Source: Arcobacteraceae bacterium (GTDB lineage Bacteria > Campylobacterota > Campylobacteria > Campylobacterales > Arcobacteraceae). Taken from it: a DNA stretch of 64,000 bases. Made by a program: the position numbers and the translations under genes. Below the pieces are notes generated by a model. It ran no database searches, was not told where the DNA came from, and saw only the letters and a list, made by a program, of their open reading frames with translations. Location of the stretch: positions 704,001 to 768,000 of the forward strand of contig OY759974.1 in the NCBI GenBank assembly GCA_963662945.1, in the 5' to 3' direction. Positions 1 to 9,865 of this stretch are shown one piece after another (position 1 is the stretch's first letter; every line of letters starts with the position of its first letter).

Positions 1-1428
1 TTTCGATATATGTAAAAATTCATATGGAGTAAGTATTCTTCCATCTTCATCCACAAGCCTAACTAAGGATTCATATTTTTCTATCTCTTGTGTTCTATTA
101 TTTATTATTGGTTGAAAATAAGAAATTATATTATAATTATCTAATGCAATTTTAACCATTTTTATTACATCTAAATTTTTCTTTGCCTCTTTTTGATGTC
201 TAATTGAAAAATCATTTGAATGGCATATAATCATATTTTTATCAATTACTTCATCAAGTCCTGCTTTTGCGTCTTCATATAACATATGTTTACCAAACGC
301 ATAACTTAACGAAATATTTATATCATATTCGATTCCATCAATATCTAATATTGATTGTTTAACATTATTAACAAACTCTTTTAAATAAGTGTCAATCTGT
401 ACATTTGCTTTCATAAAATAGTCAAGGTCAGTTAATAATGCATAACGCCCATTATCAAGATTATATACATTATCGAATTTGTAATCTGTTGGAAGGTAAG
501 ACAAAAGTTTAAATCCAAACATTTTTTCTATCTTGTCTATAGTAGTGAGATTATAAAACTTTTCAAGCATCTCAAATTCTTCTATATGTACTAAAATCAG
601 TAATGATAAAATATTTGATTCTATTTTATCGAAGAAATGTTTTTTATCACTAAGAATTGCACTGATATTTTGTCTCAATGCAATATATTCTACAATCTCC
701 CCTTCTTGATTTAAAATAGGTGTAATTACAGATTTGACATAATAAGACTCACCATTTTTACTAATATTTCGTAAAATTCCACTCCATTGTTTTTTTTGGA
801 TTCTAATAGTGTCCCAAAGTTCTTTGAAAATCTCTTTAGGTGTATCTGGGTGGCGAATTATATTATGATTTTTCCCTAAAAGTTCATTTTTTGTATAGCC
901 TGAAACTTTACAAAAATTATCATTTGCATAAGTGATTTTTCCAGAGATATCGGTTTTTGAGATAATTGAACTTTTATCAGTAATATCTTGATATTGTTTG
1001 AGAAGATTGATATTTTCTTTGTTATTTTCGTACTCTTCACCAACTTGATATCGCGCTTCTAATTTATTTATATGGTTTAAAAAATCTTGATTATCAATAG
1101 GAGGCATATAATACCCATCAATACCTAATTCAATACTCTTAACCAGAGTATCATATTTTTGATCTTTAGAGAGAATAAGAATAATTATAAAAGGTCTTTT
1201 TTTTCTTATTTTTTGAATAAGTTCGAATTTTTCATCATAATTATTTTCTAACTCAATTAAAACTAAATCAATATAATTTTTATCAAACTTCTTTAATCCT
1301 TCTTGAACATTATGTGCCAATATTACAGAACCAAAATACTCCATTAGCCAATCATCATAGGAGTGTGTTCCATCTTTAATGAACAATAATGTTAAACGTT
1401 TAGCAAATTTACTTGATTTAATATTCAT
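1..1428 (-). CDS. REC(pseudo)-PAS-GGDEF(degenerate)-EAL c-di-GMP phosphodiesterase, partial (3' end runs off window)
   Basis: Not in ORF track; manual translation from ATG 1428: MNIKSSKFAKRLTLLFIKD..IDLVLIELE (REC), ISKTDISGKITYANDNFCKVSGY..HPDTP (PAS), YFQPIIN..KYESLVRL (EAL start); open to base 1. Confidence 0.85.
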   Translation of the reverse strand, partial: MNIKSSKFAKRLTLLFIKDGTHSYDDWLMEYFGSVILAHNVQEGLKKFDKNYIDLVLIELENNYDEKFELIQKIRKKRPFIIILILSKDQKYDTLVKSIELGIDGYYMPPIDNQDFLNHINKLEARYQVGEEYENNKENINLLKQYQDITDKSSIISKTDISGKITYANDNFCKVSGYTKNELLGKNHNIIRHPDTPKEIFKELWDTIRIQKKQWSGILRNISKNGESYYVKSVITPILNQEGEIVEYIALRQNISAILSDKKHFFDKIESNILSLLILVHIEEFEMLEKFYNLTTIDKIEKMFGFKLLSYLPTDYKFDNVYNLDNGRYALLTDLDYFMKANVQIDTYLKEFVNNVKQSILDIDGIEYDINISLSYAFGKHMLYEDAKAGLDEVIDKNMIICHSNDFSIRHQKEAKKNLDVIKMVKIALDNYNIISYFQPIINNRTQEIEKYESLVRLVDEDGRILTPYEFLHISK

Positions 1429-1492
1429 AATATAAAATTATACTATAATAACATTAAAATTGAATACTGAGATTTTTCCATTAAGGTTGATT

Positions 1493-2416
1493 ATGTTTAA
1501 AAAATTATTTTTTGTTATTTTTGTTATTCTTTTTACAACATCCTGTAGTAAAAAAGTTGTTGTAACTACATATAGTGATGTTGCTATTCCATTAAGTTAT
1601 TTAGAAAATGTTAATACAACTATAGAAGGTAGTTCTTTATTTATTAGAAAAATTAATACTATTTTACCATCTGAATTTAACGATTTCGAAATACTTAAAA
1701 ATGACCCTAATTCCCCATATATACTTCATATTATAGAAAACCTTGTAGAAACTTCTTCAAAATCACACGAAACTCAAGAAGAGAAAACTATTCAATATGT
1801 AGATTATGTTTTTGATTCACAACAAAACAAAACAATTCCAATCGTCAGAACAAAAGATATAATCTATTTTCAAAAATGTTTTATTACAGATTATACACTG
1901 AGTGCTAGTGTAACTACAAGATATAAAAAAGATACTATAACGGCTACTATTCAAGATGAAAAATGTATTAAAAGAAGATTTAATCTTTTTAATGATTATG
2001 AACTACAATCAACAAATAGTGCAAAATTTTATGGACAATTAGTTGATAAACTTACACAAAATATCAAAGATTATCTTGTACCTTACACAAAAACATATAG
2101 TATAAAAATAAATGATAACTTAGATATAGAAATGTCAGATACTGATGAAGAAAATTATGAAAATATTATAGATATGTTGGCTGATGGAATATTTTCTAAT
2201 AAAATGTTAAGTCAATTAATAAAGCTTGAGAATGATTATCCAAATTCATATTCTATAAACTACAATATTGGCTTGATTTATGAGTATATAGGTCAAAATC
2301 AAAATGCTCTATTTTATTATAAAAGATGTTTAGATATTAAAACTACAGAAGATATAATAAATAGAATTACAACAGTAAACAAAAATATAGAAAATACAAA
2401 AAAAACACAACTATAA
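1493..2416 (+). CDS. Putative lipoprotein with C-terminal TPR
   Basis: ATG 1493 preceded by AAGG gives MFKKLFFVIFVILFTTS-C lipobox; C-terminal YNIGLIYEYIGQNQNALFYYKRCL is TPR-like. Confidence 0.65.
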   Translation: MFKKLFFVIFVILFTTSCSKKVVVTTYSDVAIPLSYLENVNTTIEGSSLFIRKINTILPSEFNDFEILKNDPNSPYILHIIENLVETSSKSHETQEEKTIQYVDYVFDSQQNKTIPIVRTKDIIYFQKCFITDYTLSASVTTRYKKDTITATIQDEKCIKRRFNLFNDYELQSTNSAKFYGQLVDKLTQNIKDYLVPYTKTYSIKINDNLDIEMSDTDEENYENIIDMLADGIFSNKMLSQLIKLENDYPNSYSINYNIGLIYEYIGQNQNALFYYKRCLDIKTTEDIINRITTVNKNIENTKKTQL

Positions 2417-2428
2417 AAAGGATATAAG

Positions 2429-5101
2429 ATGAAAAAATTTTCAAAATTATTTTCACAAATTATTATTATTTTATTTGTTATATATACATTTTTAGGCTTT
2501 TTTATATTACCTTATTTTATACAATTTTATATACCAACTATAATTAAAAATACAATTCATAGTGAAAGTTATGTAGATTCTGTTCATTTCAATCCATATA
2601 CTTTTAAAATCAAAATTAGTAATCTTATCATCCAAGATCAAAATCAAAACAATTTATTATTTTTTGAAACATTAAAAATAAATGTTGATCCATTAAATCT
2701 CATTTTAAAAGAAATCTCTTTTAGTGATATTGTCATTGATAATTTAAAACTATCTGTTGATATTAATAAAAATAAAGTTGCAAATTTCCAGTATATTCTT
2801 GATTCATTCAATAATGAAAATAATTCAACTAAGTCACAAGCAAATGAAGAGAAAAATAATTTTTTAATTAAAATAAAAAATTTAAATCTCTCAAATATTA
2901 GAGTTGTATTTGAAGATTACTCAAAAGAGATACCATTTATTGTTCATACAAAACCTATCTCTCTTGCCACATCAGATATTCAATTAAAACCAAATCATAT
3001 CAATAAAATCAATCTAGAAATTGATACAAAAAATACTGGGAAAATTGCACTCCAATCAAATATTATAGTAGAACCATTAAGTTTAAATGGACATCTGAAA
3101 CTTTCACAAGTAGCTGTTAATAAAATATTTCACTATGTAAAACCATCAAATATTGATTTTACTATTGATTCACAACCTCTTAATCTCTCATTAGATTATC
3201 ACTATACAAAATCAATACAATCACAAAATATAGAATTAGATACTATAAATTTACAACTTGAAAAATTAATTTTTTCACAAAATCCTTTTACTATAGAGAT
3301 TGAAAAGCTTCTGCATACTACACAAAAAGTACAATTAGAGATTGCAGATACACTGCACTACAATGTCACAAATATAAATAGTAAAATTCAAAATATAATA
3401 TTTGCAAACAAAACAAACAGTAGCACTTTATTGTTTACAAATTTTGCAAATGCTATAGATAATGTTTCCCATAACAAAGATAAAACTATCAACATAATAC
3501 AATCTCTTAATACACCACAAAGTGGAACAATCCAAGCAAATGTTAAAGCCATACAAGAACCACTGAATCTAAATATAAAACTTGATACAAAAAATATTGC
3601 TATCACACCTTATGAACCATACATCAAAGAGTTTATAAATATGGATATTAAATCTGCTTTTATAAATAATGAAGCAAATATCAACGTTACAAATGAAAAC
3701 AATCAAACTAATATCAATCTACAAACTGATATTGCACTAAAAAATGTAGATGTTCTAAATAGTATAAATAAACAACAATTATTTAAATTAGATACTTTAA
3801 ATGTATCAAATATGAACTACACAAATAATAATCTTTTCATTAAAAATATATCTATTGAAAAGCCTTTTGTTCAATTTTCTATTAATGATAATAACACAAC
3901 AAATTTTTCAAACCTTGTTCCACAAACTCCGCAACAAAAATCAAAATCAAAAAGTGATACGCAAGAATTTATTTATAAAATAAATAATATCTCTATCAAA
4001 AATGGAGATGCCCTTTTTGAAGACAATAGTGTATCTCCAAAATTTATCTCAAAAGATACTAAAATAGCTGGAAAGATAAAAAATCTTTCATCAGATAAAA
4101 ATAAACCTACAGTTATAACACACTCAAGTATTATCGACAGCTATGCTCCACTTCTAATAAATACAAATATGATACTATCAGATCCTACAAAAGCACTCAA
4201 AAGTGCAATTAAAGTTGAAAATATAGATTTACCATCTTTATCTTCATATAGTGGAAAATTTATAGGACAAAAAATAGCAAATGGAAAATTAAGTCTCACA
4301 TTAGATTATAATATTAAAAAATCTCAAATGACTAGTTCAAACAACATAAAAATCAAAGATATTAAACTAGGAGAGAAAGTTGAAAGTAAAGATGCAATCA
4401 ATGCACCAATAGGTTTAGCAATAGCTTTACTTGAAGATAGTGATGGATATATTGACTTAGATATTCCAATAGATGGAGATATAAATAATCCTAATTTTCA
4501 TTTAGGTGATGTAATACTAGACGTTATCACAAATACAATAGTTGGCATTGTTTCTGCGCCTTTTAAATTTTTAGCAATGATGATTGGACTTGATGGAGAA
4601 GATATTTCCAATGTAACTTTTGATTATGGAAGTTCTACTATTTTAACAACACAAAAAGAGAAACTTGACAATATAATAAAAGCATTTGCCAAAAGACCAA
4701 ACTTAAAACTAAAAATAGTAACAGCTTATGTTCAAGAAGAAGATACTTTAGCACTTAAAGAGGTACAATTCAAAGAAAAATATGGACAAATTGGAGATGA
4801 CAATTTTAATGCAATTTATGAACACTTTATCAAAGAGTTTGGAAAAGAAAGTTATAGAGAACTTAAAGGTGAAAAAAAAGAGATATATCAGCATATGATA
4901 ACAAAGCTAAAAAATAATATTAAGATTGCATCAGATAAATTAATACTTTTAGCAAAACAAAGAGCAATTGCAATTCAATCATACCTATTAGAAAAAAAAT
5001 TACCTTCAGATAGAATTGTTATAAATGAAAATGTTAAAAACGTTCAAAAAGATTTAAAAACAGATAAAGCATTAATATTATTTGAGATTGAAGCTAAATA
5101 G
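2429..5101 (+). CDS. DUF748 (AsmA-like) envelope protein with OmpA-like C-terminal region
   Basis: N-terminal TM with GFFILP, FNPYT motif, repeated beta-rich NF..L segments, LAIALLEDSDGYIDLDIPIDGDINNPNF, C-terminal LAKQRAIAIQSYL. Confidence 0.75.
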   Translation: MKKFSKLFSQIIIILFVIYTFLGFFILPYFIQFYIPTIIKNTIHSESYVDSVHFNPYTFKIKISNLIIQDQNQNNLLFFETLKINVDPLNLILKEISFSDIVIDNLKLSVDINKNKVANFQYILDSFNNENNSTKSQANEEKNNFLIKIKNLNLSNIRVVFEDYSKEIPFIVHTKPISLATSDIQLKPNHINKINLEIDTKNTGKIALQSNIIVEPLSLNGHLKLSQVAVNKIFHYVKPSNIDFTIDSQPLNLSLDYHYTKSIQSQNIELDTINLQLEKLIFSQNPFTIEIEKLLHTTQKVQLEIADTLHYNVTNINSKIQNIIFANKTNSSTLLFTNFANAIDNVSHNKDKTINIIQSLNTPQSGTIQANVKAIQEPLNLNIKLDTKNIAITPYEPYIKEFINMDIKSAFINNEANINVTNENNQTNINLQTDIALKNVDVLNSINKQQLFKLDTLNVSNMNYTNNNLFIKNISIEKPFVQFSINDNNTTNFSNLVPQTPQQKSKSKSDTQEFIYKINNISIKNGDALFEDNSVSPKFISKDTKIAGKIKNLSSDKNKPTVITHSSIIDSYAPLLINTNMILSDPTKALKSAIKVENIDLPSLSSYSGKFIGQKIANGKLSLTLDYNIKKSQMTSSNNIKIKDIKLGEKVESKDAINAPIGLAIALLEDSDGYIDLDIPIDGDINNPNFHLGDVILDVITNTIVGIVSAPFKFLAMMIGLDGEDISNVTFDYGSSTILTTQKEKLDNIIKAFAKRPNLKLKIVTAYVQEEDTLALKEVQFKEKYGQIGDDNFNAIYEHFIKEFGKESYRELKGEKKEIYQHMITKLKNNIKIASDKLILLAKQRAIAIQSYLLEKKLPSDRIVINENVKNVQKDLKTDKALILFEIEAK

Positions 5102-5150
5102 ATAAAGCTGTTTTTTAGTAGAATAGAAAAATTTAAATTAAAGGTTTAGT

Positions 5151-6656
5151 ATGAGATTAATAGTGGGTTTATTTGCAATAATGACAACTTTGATTATTGC
5201 AGTATATGTTATGTTATTTACAAGTTTTGGTCATGGTATTCTTTTACCAATAGCACAATCCAATATAGAATCAAACTTAAAAATCAAAAGCGCAAAATTT
5301 ACAAATTTTACTCTTACAACAAATAGTATTAATACTACACTTACACTTGATAATCAACCTATTCATATAGAAGGGAAATTTAATCTTATTAAAAAATTCA
5401 TTGACCTTTCTTATGATGTTAAAATAGATGATTTAAGTATTTTTAACGCTGTTTCAAATCAAAAACTTCAAGGAACTTTTTACACAGATGGAAAAGTTAT
5501 GGGTGTTTTAGGAAATATTGGTATTTTAGGAAAAGCTTCTTTTGCAAATGGTCAAACAAATTACGAGCTTCTTTTAAAAGAACATGATGTTACAAATATC
5601 AAATTTTCTTTACATAATATTGCTGTAGAAAAACTTCTTTGGATGGTATCTCAACCACAATATACAACTGGACTTCTTAATATAACAGGAACAATAAAAT
5701 CTCTCAATAATCTTGATGGAGATATTCTAACAAAAGTTACAAATGGTGTTTTAAATAGCGAATATATCAATAAAACTTTTAAACAAAATTTACCTAAAAA
5801 AGCCACATTTGATACAACTATCACAACAAAACTACAAAAAGAAGATATAGTTTCTATAATAGATTTTAATTCTTTTGTAGCAACACTTAACACTAAAAAA
5901 ACTACTTTTAATATTCCAAGTGGGAAACTAACTACTGACTATCTACTTGATATTCCAAGTTTAAATGCTCTTTATTTTGTAACAAATCAAAAACTTAAAG
6001 GTGGAATCACTATAAATGGAGATGTTACATTTGATAAAACACTTCTCGCTACTTTTAATAGTAAAAAATTTGATGGAACACTCCAAGGGAAACTTGATAA
6101 CAATAAATTAAATGTACAGCTTAATAATATCCAATCAACAAAACTTTTGGATATGCTTTATTATCCAGAAATTTTTAAATCAAATATCAAACTTGACTTA
6201 GATTATGATATTGCTACAAAAAAAGGATTATCAAAACTTTCAACAAACAATGGCCAGTTTCTAACAAATCAAACAACAGACCTATTAAAAAAATTTACAA
6301 AATATGATTTAACTATGGAAATTTATGATGTTACTAATCTTACAACGAAGATAGATAATACTACTTTACAAAATGACTTATATATGAAAAGTAAAAATAG
6401 TGAAATCAAATCAAAAATATTTACAGTTGATACAGCAAAATCAATCATAAATGCAGATTTAACACTCCAATATAGAAAATACGATATGGGTCTAAAACTT
6501 ACAGGGGAAATTGCCAATCCTAAAGTAAAACTTGATATAGGTAAAGCCATAGAAAATAAGGCAAAAGAGAAACTAAAAGAAACTATCAATGAAAAATTAA
6601 AAGATAAACTTAAAGATGAAAATATAGGAAATATTCTAAATAGCTTTTTCAAATAA
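5151..6656 (+). CDS. AsmA-like beta-rich membrane-anchored hypothetical protein
   Basis: N-terminal TM (LFTSFG), internal repeat (YDVKIDDLS..NQKLQG / YLLDIPSLN..NQKLKG), C-terminal LTGEIANPKVKLD followed by amphipathic helix. Confidence 0.5.
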   Translation: MRLIVGLFAIMTTLIIAVYVMLFTSFGHGILLPIAQSNIESNLKIKSAKFTNFTLTTNSINTTLTLDNQPIHIEGKFNLIKKFIDLSYDVKIDDLSIFNAVSNQKLQGTFYTDGKVMGVLGNIGILGKASFANGQTNYELLLKEHDVTNIKFSLHNIAVEKLLWMVSQPQYTTGLLNITGTIKSLNNLDGDILTKVTNGVLNSEYINKTFKQNLPKKATFDTTITTKLQKEDIVSIIDFNSFVATLNTKKTTFNIPSGKLTTDYLLDIPSLNALYFVTNQKLKGGITINGDVTFDKTLLATFNSKKFDGTLQGKLDNNKLNVQLNNIQSTKLLDMLYYPEIFKSNIKLDLDYDIATKKGLSKLSTNNGQFLTNQTTDLLKKFTKYDLTMEIYDVTNLTTKIDNTTLQNDLYMKSKNSEIKSKIFTVDTAKSIINADLTLQYRKYDMGLKLTGEIANPKVKLDIGKAIENKAKEKLKETINEKLKDKLKDENIGNILNSFFK

Positions 6657-6669
6657 TTAAAACTCTACT

Positions 6670-6685
6670 AGGAATAGTTCTTGTA
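6670..6685 (+). promoter_or_regulatory. Possible sigma54 promoter of nifN (non-canonical -12)
   Basis: AGGAATAGTTCTTGTA = GG-N10-GT, resembles the nifX promoter; about 40 nt upstream of the ATG. Confidence 0.4.
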
Positions 6686-6723
6686 TATGTTTAATAATAA
6701 AACTAATATATTAGGAACTTTCC

Positions 6724-8010
6724 ATGAGCGAACAACAAAATAAACCTCTACAAATAAATCCAATTAAACTTTCTCAACCTATGGGTGCGCTATTGTGCTT
6801 TTTAGGTATCAAAAATACAATGCCACTTATGCATGGTGCGCAAGGTTGTGCCAGTTTTTCAAAAGTTTTTTTCACAAGACATTTTAGTGATCCCATTGCA
6901 GTACAAACAACAGCAGTAAACGATATAACTGCTGTTATTGATGGTGGAGATTATAGTATCTCTGAAGCTGTAAAAAATATCACAAAAAAAGTTAAGCCAG
7001 ATTTAGTAGGACTCTTTACAACTGGAATGACGGAAACAAAAGGTGATGATATTAAAGGTGCAACTTTTTTATTAAAAGATGTACAAAAGATGGTTTATGT
7101 TCATACTCCTGATTTTGAGGGTGGACTTGAAAGTGGTTATGCAAAATCAATAGAAGCTATTATAGAACAATTAGTCACTCCTACAACAAACATTGATAAC
7201 AAAAAAGCAGTTCTTATTCCTAATGTAAATTTTACACCTATAGAGGTGGAAAAAATCAAAGAACAGATAGATTTATTTGGTTATGAAACATTAGCCTTAC
7301 CAGATATCAGTCAATCTCTTGATGGACATTTAGGATTAAAACAAGGTGCATTAAGTAGTGGGGGAATAAGTATTGAAGAGATTGAAAAACTTGGGAGTTC
7401 TCAAGTTGTTATAACAATTGGAAACTCTGTGGAAAAAGCTGGAAAGATTTTAAATACAAAAAATGAGAATATGATTCATCTTCATTTTGATACGGTAAGT
7501 GGATTACTTAAAGCAGATAAATTCTACAAAGGTTTAATGGATATTAAAAAATTAACAAAACCTAATCCTTCTATTGTAAGATGGAGAAAAAGATTACAAG
7601 ATGCACTTTTAGATACACATTTTGCACTAGGTGGAACAAAAGTAGTTATCGCTGCAGAACCTGATCAAATATTAAGTATTACTACAACTATTAAAGAAGC
7701 TGGAGCAAATATAACAGCTGTAGTATCTCCAACCAAAAGTGTAAGTTTAGAAATACTTGATTGCAAAAATGTAATTATAGGAGACTTTGAAGATGTGGAA
7801 AATCAACTACAAAATGCTGATATTCTTATCTCAAATTTTCATGGAGAAAGAATATGTAATACCCATAAAAAAGCACTTATGGTAAGAGGTTTTCCTAACT
7901 ATGAATTAGTAGGAAACAACCTAAAAAATGATACTTTATATGAGGGAAGTTGTTATATGCTTTTTGAAATAGCAAATATAATAAATCATTATAAATATGG
8001 TCAGCATTAA
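6724..8010 (+). CDS. nifN: Nitrogenase FeMo-cofactor scaffold subunit NifN
   Basis: INPIKLSQPMGA, PLMHGAQGCASF, RHFSDPIAVQTTA, DALLDTHF; followed by nifX. Confidence 0.92.
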   Translation: MSEQQNKPLQINPIKLSQPMGALLCFLGIKNTMPLMHGAQGCASFSKVFFTRHFSDPIAVQTTAVNDITAVIDGGDYSISEAVKNITKKVKPDLVGLFTTGMTETKGDDIKGATFLLKDVQKMVYVHTPDFEGGLESGYAKSIEAIIEQLVTPTTNIDNKKAVLIPNVNFTPIEVEKIKEQIDLFGYETLALPDISQSLDGHLGLKQGALSSGGISIEEIEKLGSSQVVITIGNSVEKAGKILNTKNENMIHLHFDTVSGLLKADKFYKGLMDIKKLTKPNPSIVRWRKRLQDALLDTHFALGGTKVVIAAEPDQILSITTTIKEAGANITAVVSPTKSVSLEILDCKNVIIGDFEDVENQLQNADILISNFHGERICNTHKKALMVRGFPNYELVGNNLKNDTLYEGSCYMLFEIANIINHYKYGQH

Positions 8011-8027
8011 ATCAGACAAAAATAGTA

Positions 8028-8043
8028 TGGAACAGTTTTTGCA
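8028..8043 (+). promoter_or_regulatory. sigma54 (-24/-12) promoter of nifX operon
   Basis: TGGAACAGTTTTTGCA: GG(8029-30)-N10-GC(8041-42), in the 66-bp nifN-nifX gap. Confidence 0.8.
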
Positions 8044-8076
8044 TTTTATATAATATAAATCAAAAAAGGAAATTAC

Positions 8077-8475
8077 ATGGGATCAACAATAAAAGTTACT
8101 TCGAATAATTCGGGAAAAGGTTCTATAAGAGTTGCATTTGCAACTAATGATAATGAAAATATTGATGCACATTTTGGAAGTGCTGCACAATTTAATGTAT
8201 ATGATATCAGTGCAGATGATTGTGAAATATCAACAATTATTAAAATTGAAGAGAAAGATGTTGATAGAACTGTAGCACTTCTTAAAGGTGTAGATATCGT
8301 TTATTTTGTAAATATTGGAGCAACTGCTGCTGCAAAAATTATAAACTCTGGAATTTTTCCAATTAAGTATAAAGAAGTTGTTTCTATTGATGAAGAGATT
8401 AAAAAATTAACAGATATGTTAAATAATAATCCAGCACCTTTTATTAAAAAAATACTTGAAAAAAAGGCAGCATAA
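8077..8475 (+). CDS. nifX: NifX FeMo-co precursor carrier
   Basis: RVAFATND..IDAHFGSA..IGATAAAKII..GIFPIK. Confidence 0.88.
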   Translation: MGSTIKVTSNNSGKGSIRVAFATNDNENIDAHFGSAAQFNVYDISADDCEISTIIKIEEKDVDRTVALLKGVDIVYFVNIGATAAAKIINSGIFPIKYKEVVSIDEEIKKLTDMLNNNPAPFIKKILEKKAA

Positions 8476-8897
8476 TGGAAAACTTATTTATTGAAACATT
8501 AATTGGTCAAGTAAGAGCTTTAGATCAATTTGGTACTTGGACAAATAGAACAGATAGAGATATCTTAGAAGAAAAATATGTAAAGTCAAAAGAAGATTTA
8601 AAAAATATTCCAGTAATTGCAGATATTGACGAGATGCAAATACAGGATATCAGATTAATATACCAAGCTATAGCTTTAGCTTTTGAGAAAAAAACAGGAA
8701 TTATGTGTAGTACTATCATGGAGATGAGTCATGAAGGTTTTGGACGAGCTGTTGTTATAGCTGACAAAATTGTAATTGTAAACAAATTTTTTAAAGATGC
8801 ACATAGATTTTCATTCAGAACATATGATGATTTAGTTAAAGAGGGTGATAAACTTCTTGATAGTGCTATAAAAATTTACGACGAATATAAAAAATAA
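8475..8897 (+). CDS. NifX-associated nitrogen fixation protein (DUF269)
   Basis: RALDQFGTW, MSHEGFGRAV, DAHRFSF; TAATG coupling to nifX. Confidence 0.8.
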   Translation: MENLFIETLIGQVRALDQFGTWTNRTDRDILEEKYVKSKEDLKNIPVIADIDEMQIQDIRLIYQAIALAFEKKTGIMCSTIMEMSHEGFGRAVVIADKIVIVNKFFKDAHRFSFRTYDDLVKEGDKLLDSAIKIYDEYKK

Positions 8898-8912
8898 GGG
8901 GGAATAGAAAAA

Positions 8913-9425
8913 ATGAAATATGGAATCTTTGTAGGAACAGCAGGTGGTACTTCAATGAAAGTAGCAAAAGCTTTAATAAAAGAATTTGATATAGATGAAG
9001 ATGATGTTATAAATATGGAAGAAGATTTTGATGATATTGATCAAATGCTTGAATATGATGTACTATTTTTAGGAAGTTCAACTTGGGGACAAGGTGATGT
9101 TCACTTTTCTTGGGTTGACCCAATTTTAGAAATTGAAGATGATGAAATTGATTTTAGTGGAAAAACAGTAGCATTTTTTGGTGCAGGTGATTGTAAAAAA
9201 CATGGTGAACATTTTTGTTCAGCATTAGGTAAACTTCATAAAACTTTTACTAAAGCTGGTGCTAAAGCAATTGGTTTTATACCAAAAGATGGGTATGATT
9301 ATGAATTCTCATTAGCAGAAATGGATGGAAAACTTTGTGGGTGTGCCATTGATGAGCATAATGAGAAAGGAAAAACCAAAGAGAGAATAAGTACTTGGAT
9401 TAGTGCTTTAAAAGAAGAACTTTAA
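8913..9425 (+). CDS. Long-chain flavodoxin (NifF-like nitrogenase electron donor)
   Basis: GIFVGTAGGTS, LGSSTWGQG, VAFFGAGD, IDEHNE. Confidence 0.85.
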   Translation: MKYGIFVGTAGGTSMKVAKALIKEFDIDEDDVINMEEDFDDIDQMLEYDVLFLGSSTWGQGDVHFSWVDPILEIEDDEIDFSGKTVAFFGAGDCKKHGEHFCSALGKLHKTFTKAGAKAIGFIPKDGYDYEFSLAEMDGKLCGCAIDEHNEKGKTKERISTWISALKEEL

Positions 9426-9447
9426 ACTCTTATAGAAAGGATTAAAA

Positions 9448-9849
9448 ATGTATATGGTAGTAGCGGTATTCAATCAATACGATTTGAAAAATGTTTTAGA
9501 AGATTTATTTGAAAATAATATAGAAGGTGTCACAGTAAGTGATGTTATAGGTAAAGGGTCTTTTGGGTTAAAAGAAGCTGATAATCAACCTACAGACTTA
9601 GTAGCAAAAGTAAAACTTGAAATAGTTGTTTCTGATGTAAAACATAGAGAAATTGCGATGGAATGTATAAGAACAAACTGTCAAGATTTAAGTAGAGGCG
9701 CTGGTAAAATGTGGTGGCTTGAGGTAGGTGGTGTTGAAAGAATCAGAACAGGTGAAAGAGATGCTGAAGCTTTAACAACACAAATTGATAAAAAAATACC
9801 AAATGTACCGGTTGCGTTTACAACTGCAATTGATACACCTTGTAGTTAA
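9448..9849 (+). CDS. P-II family signal transduction protein (atypical)
   Basis: GVTVSDVIGKG, KVKLEIVV, GAGK, RIRTGE. Confidence 0.85.
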   Translation: MYMVVAVFNQYDLKNVLEDLFENNIEGVTVSDVIGKGSFGLKEADNQPTDLVAKVKLEIVVSDVKHREIAMECIRTNCQDLSRGAGKMWWLEVGGVERIRTGERDAEALTTQIDKKIPNVPVAFTTAIDTPCS

Positions 9850-9865
9850 GATAAAGGAATAGATT

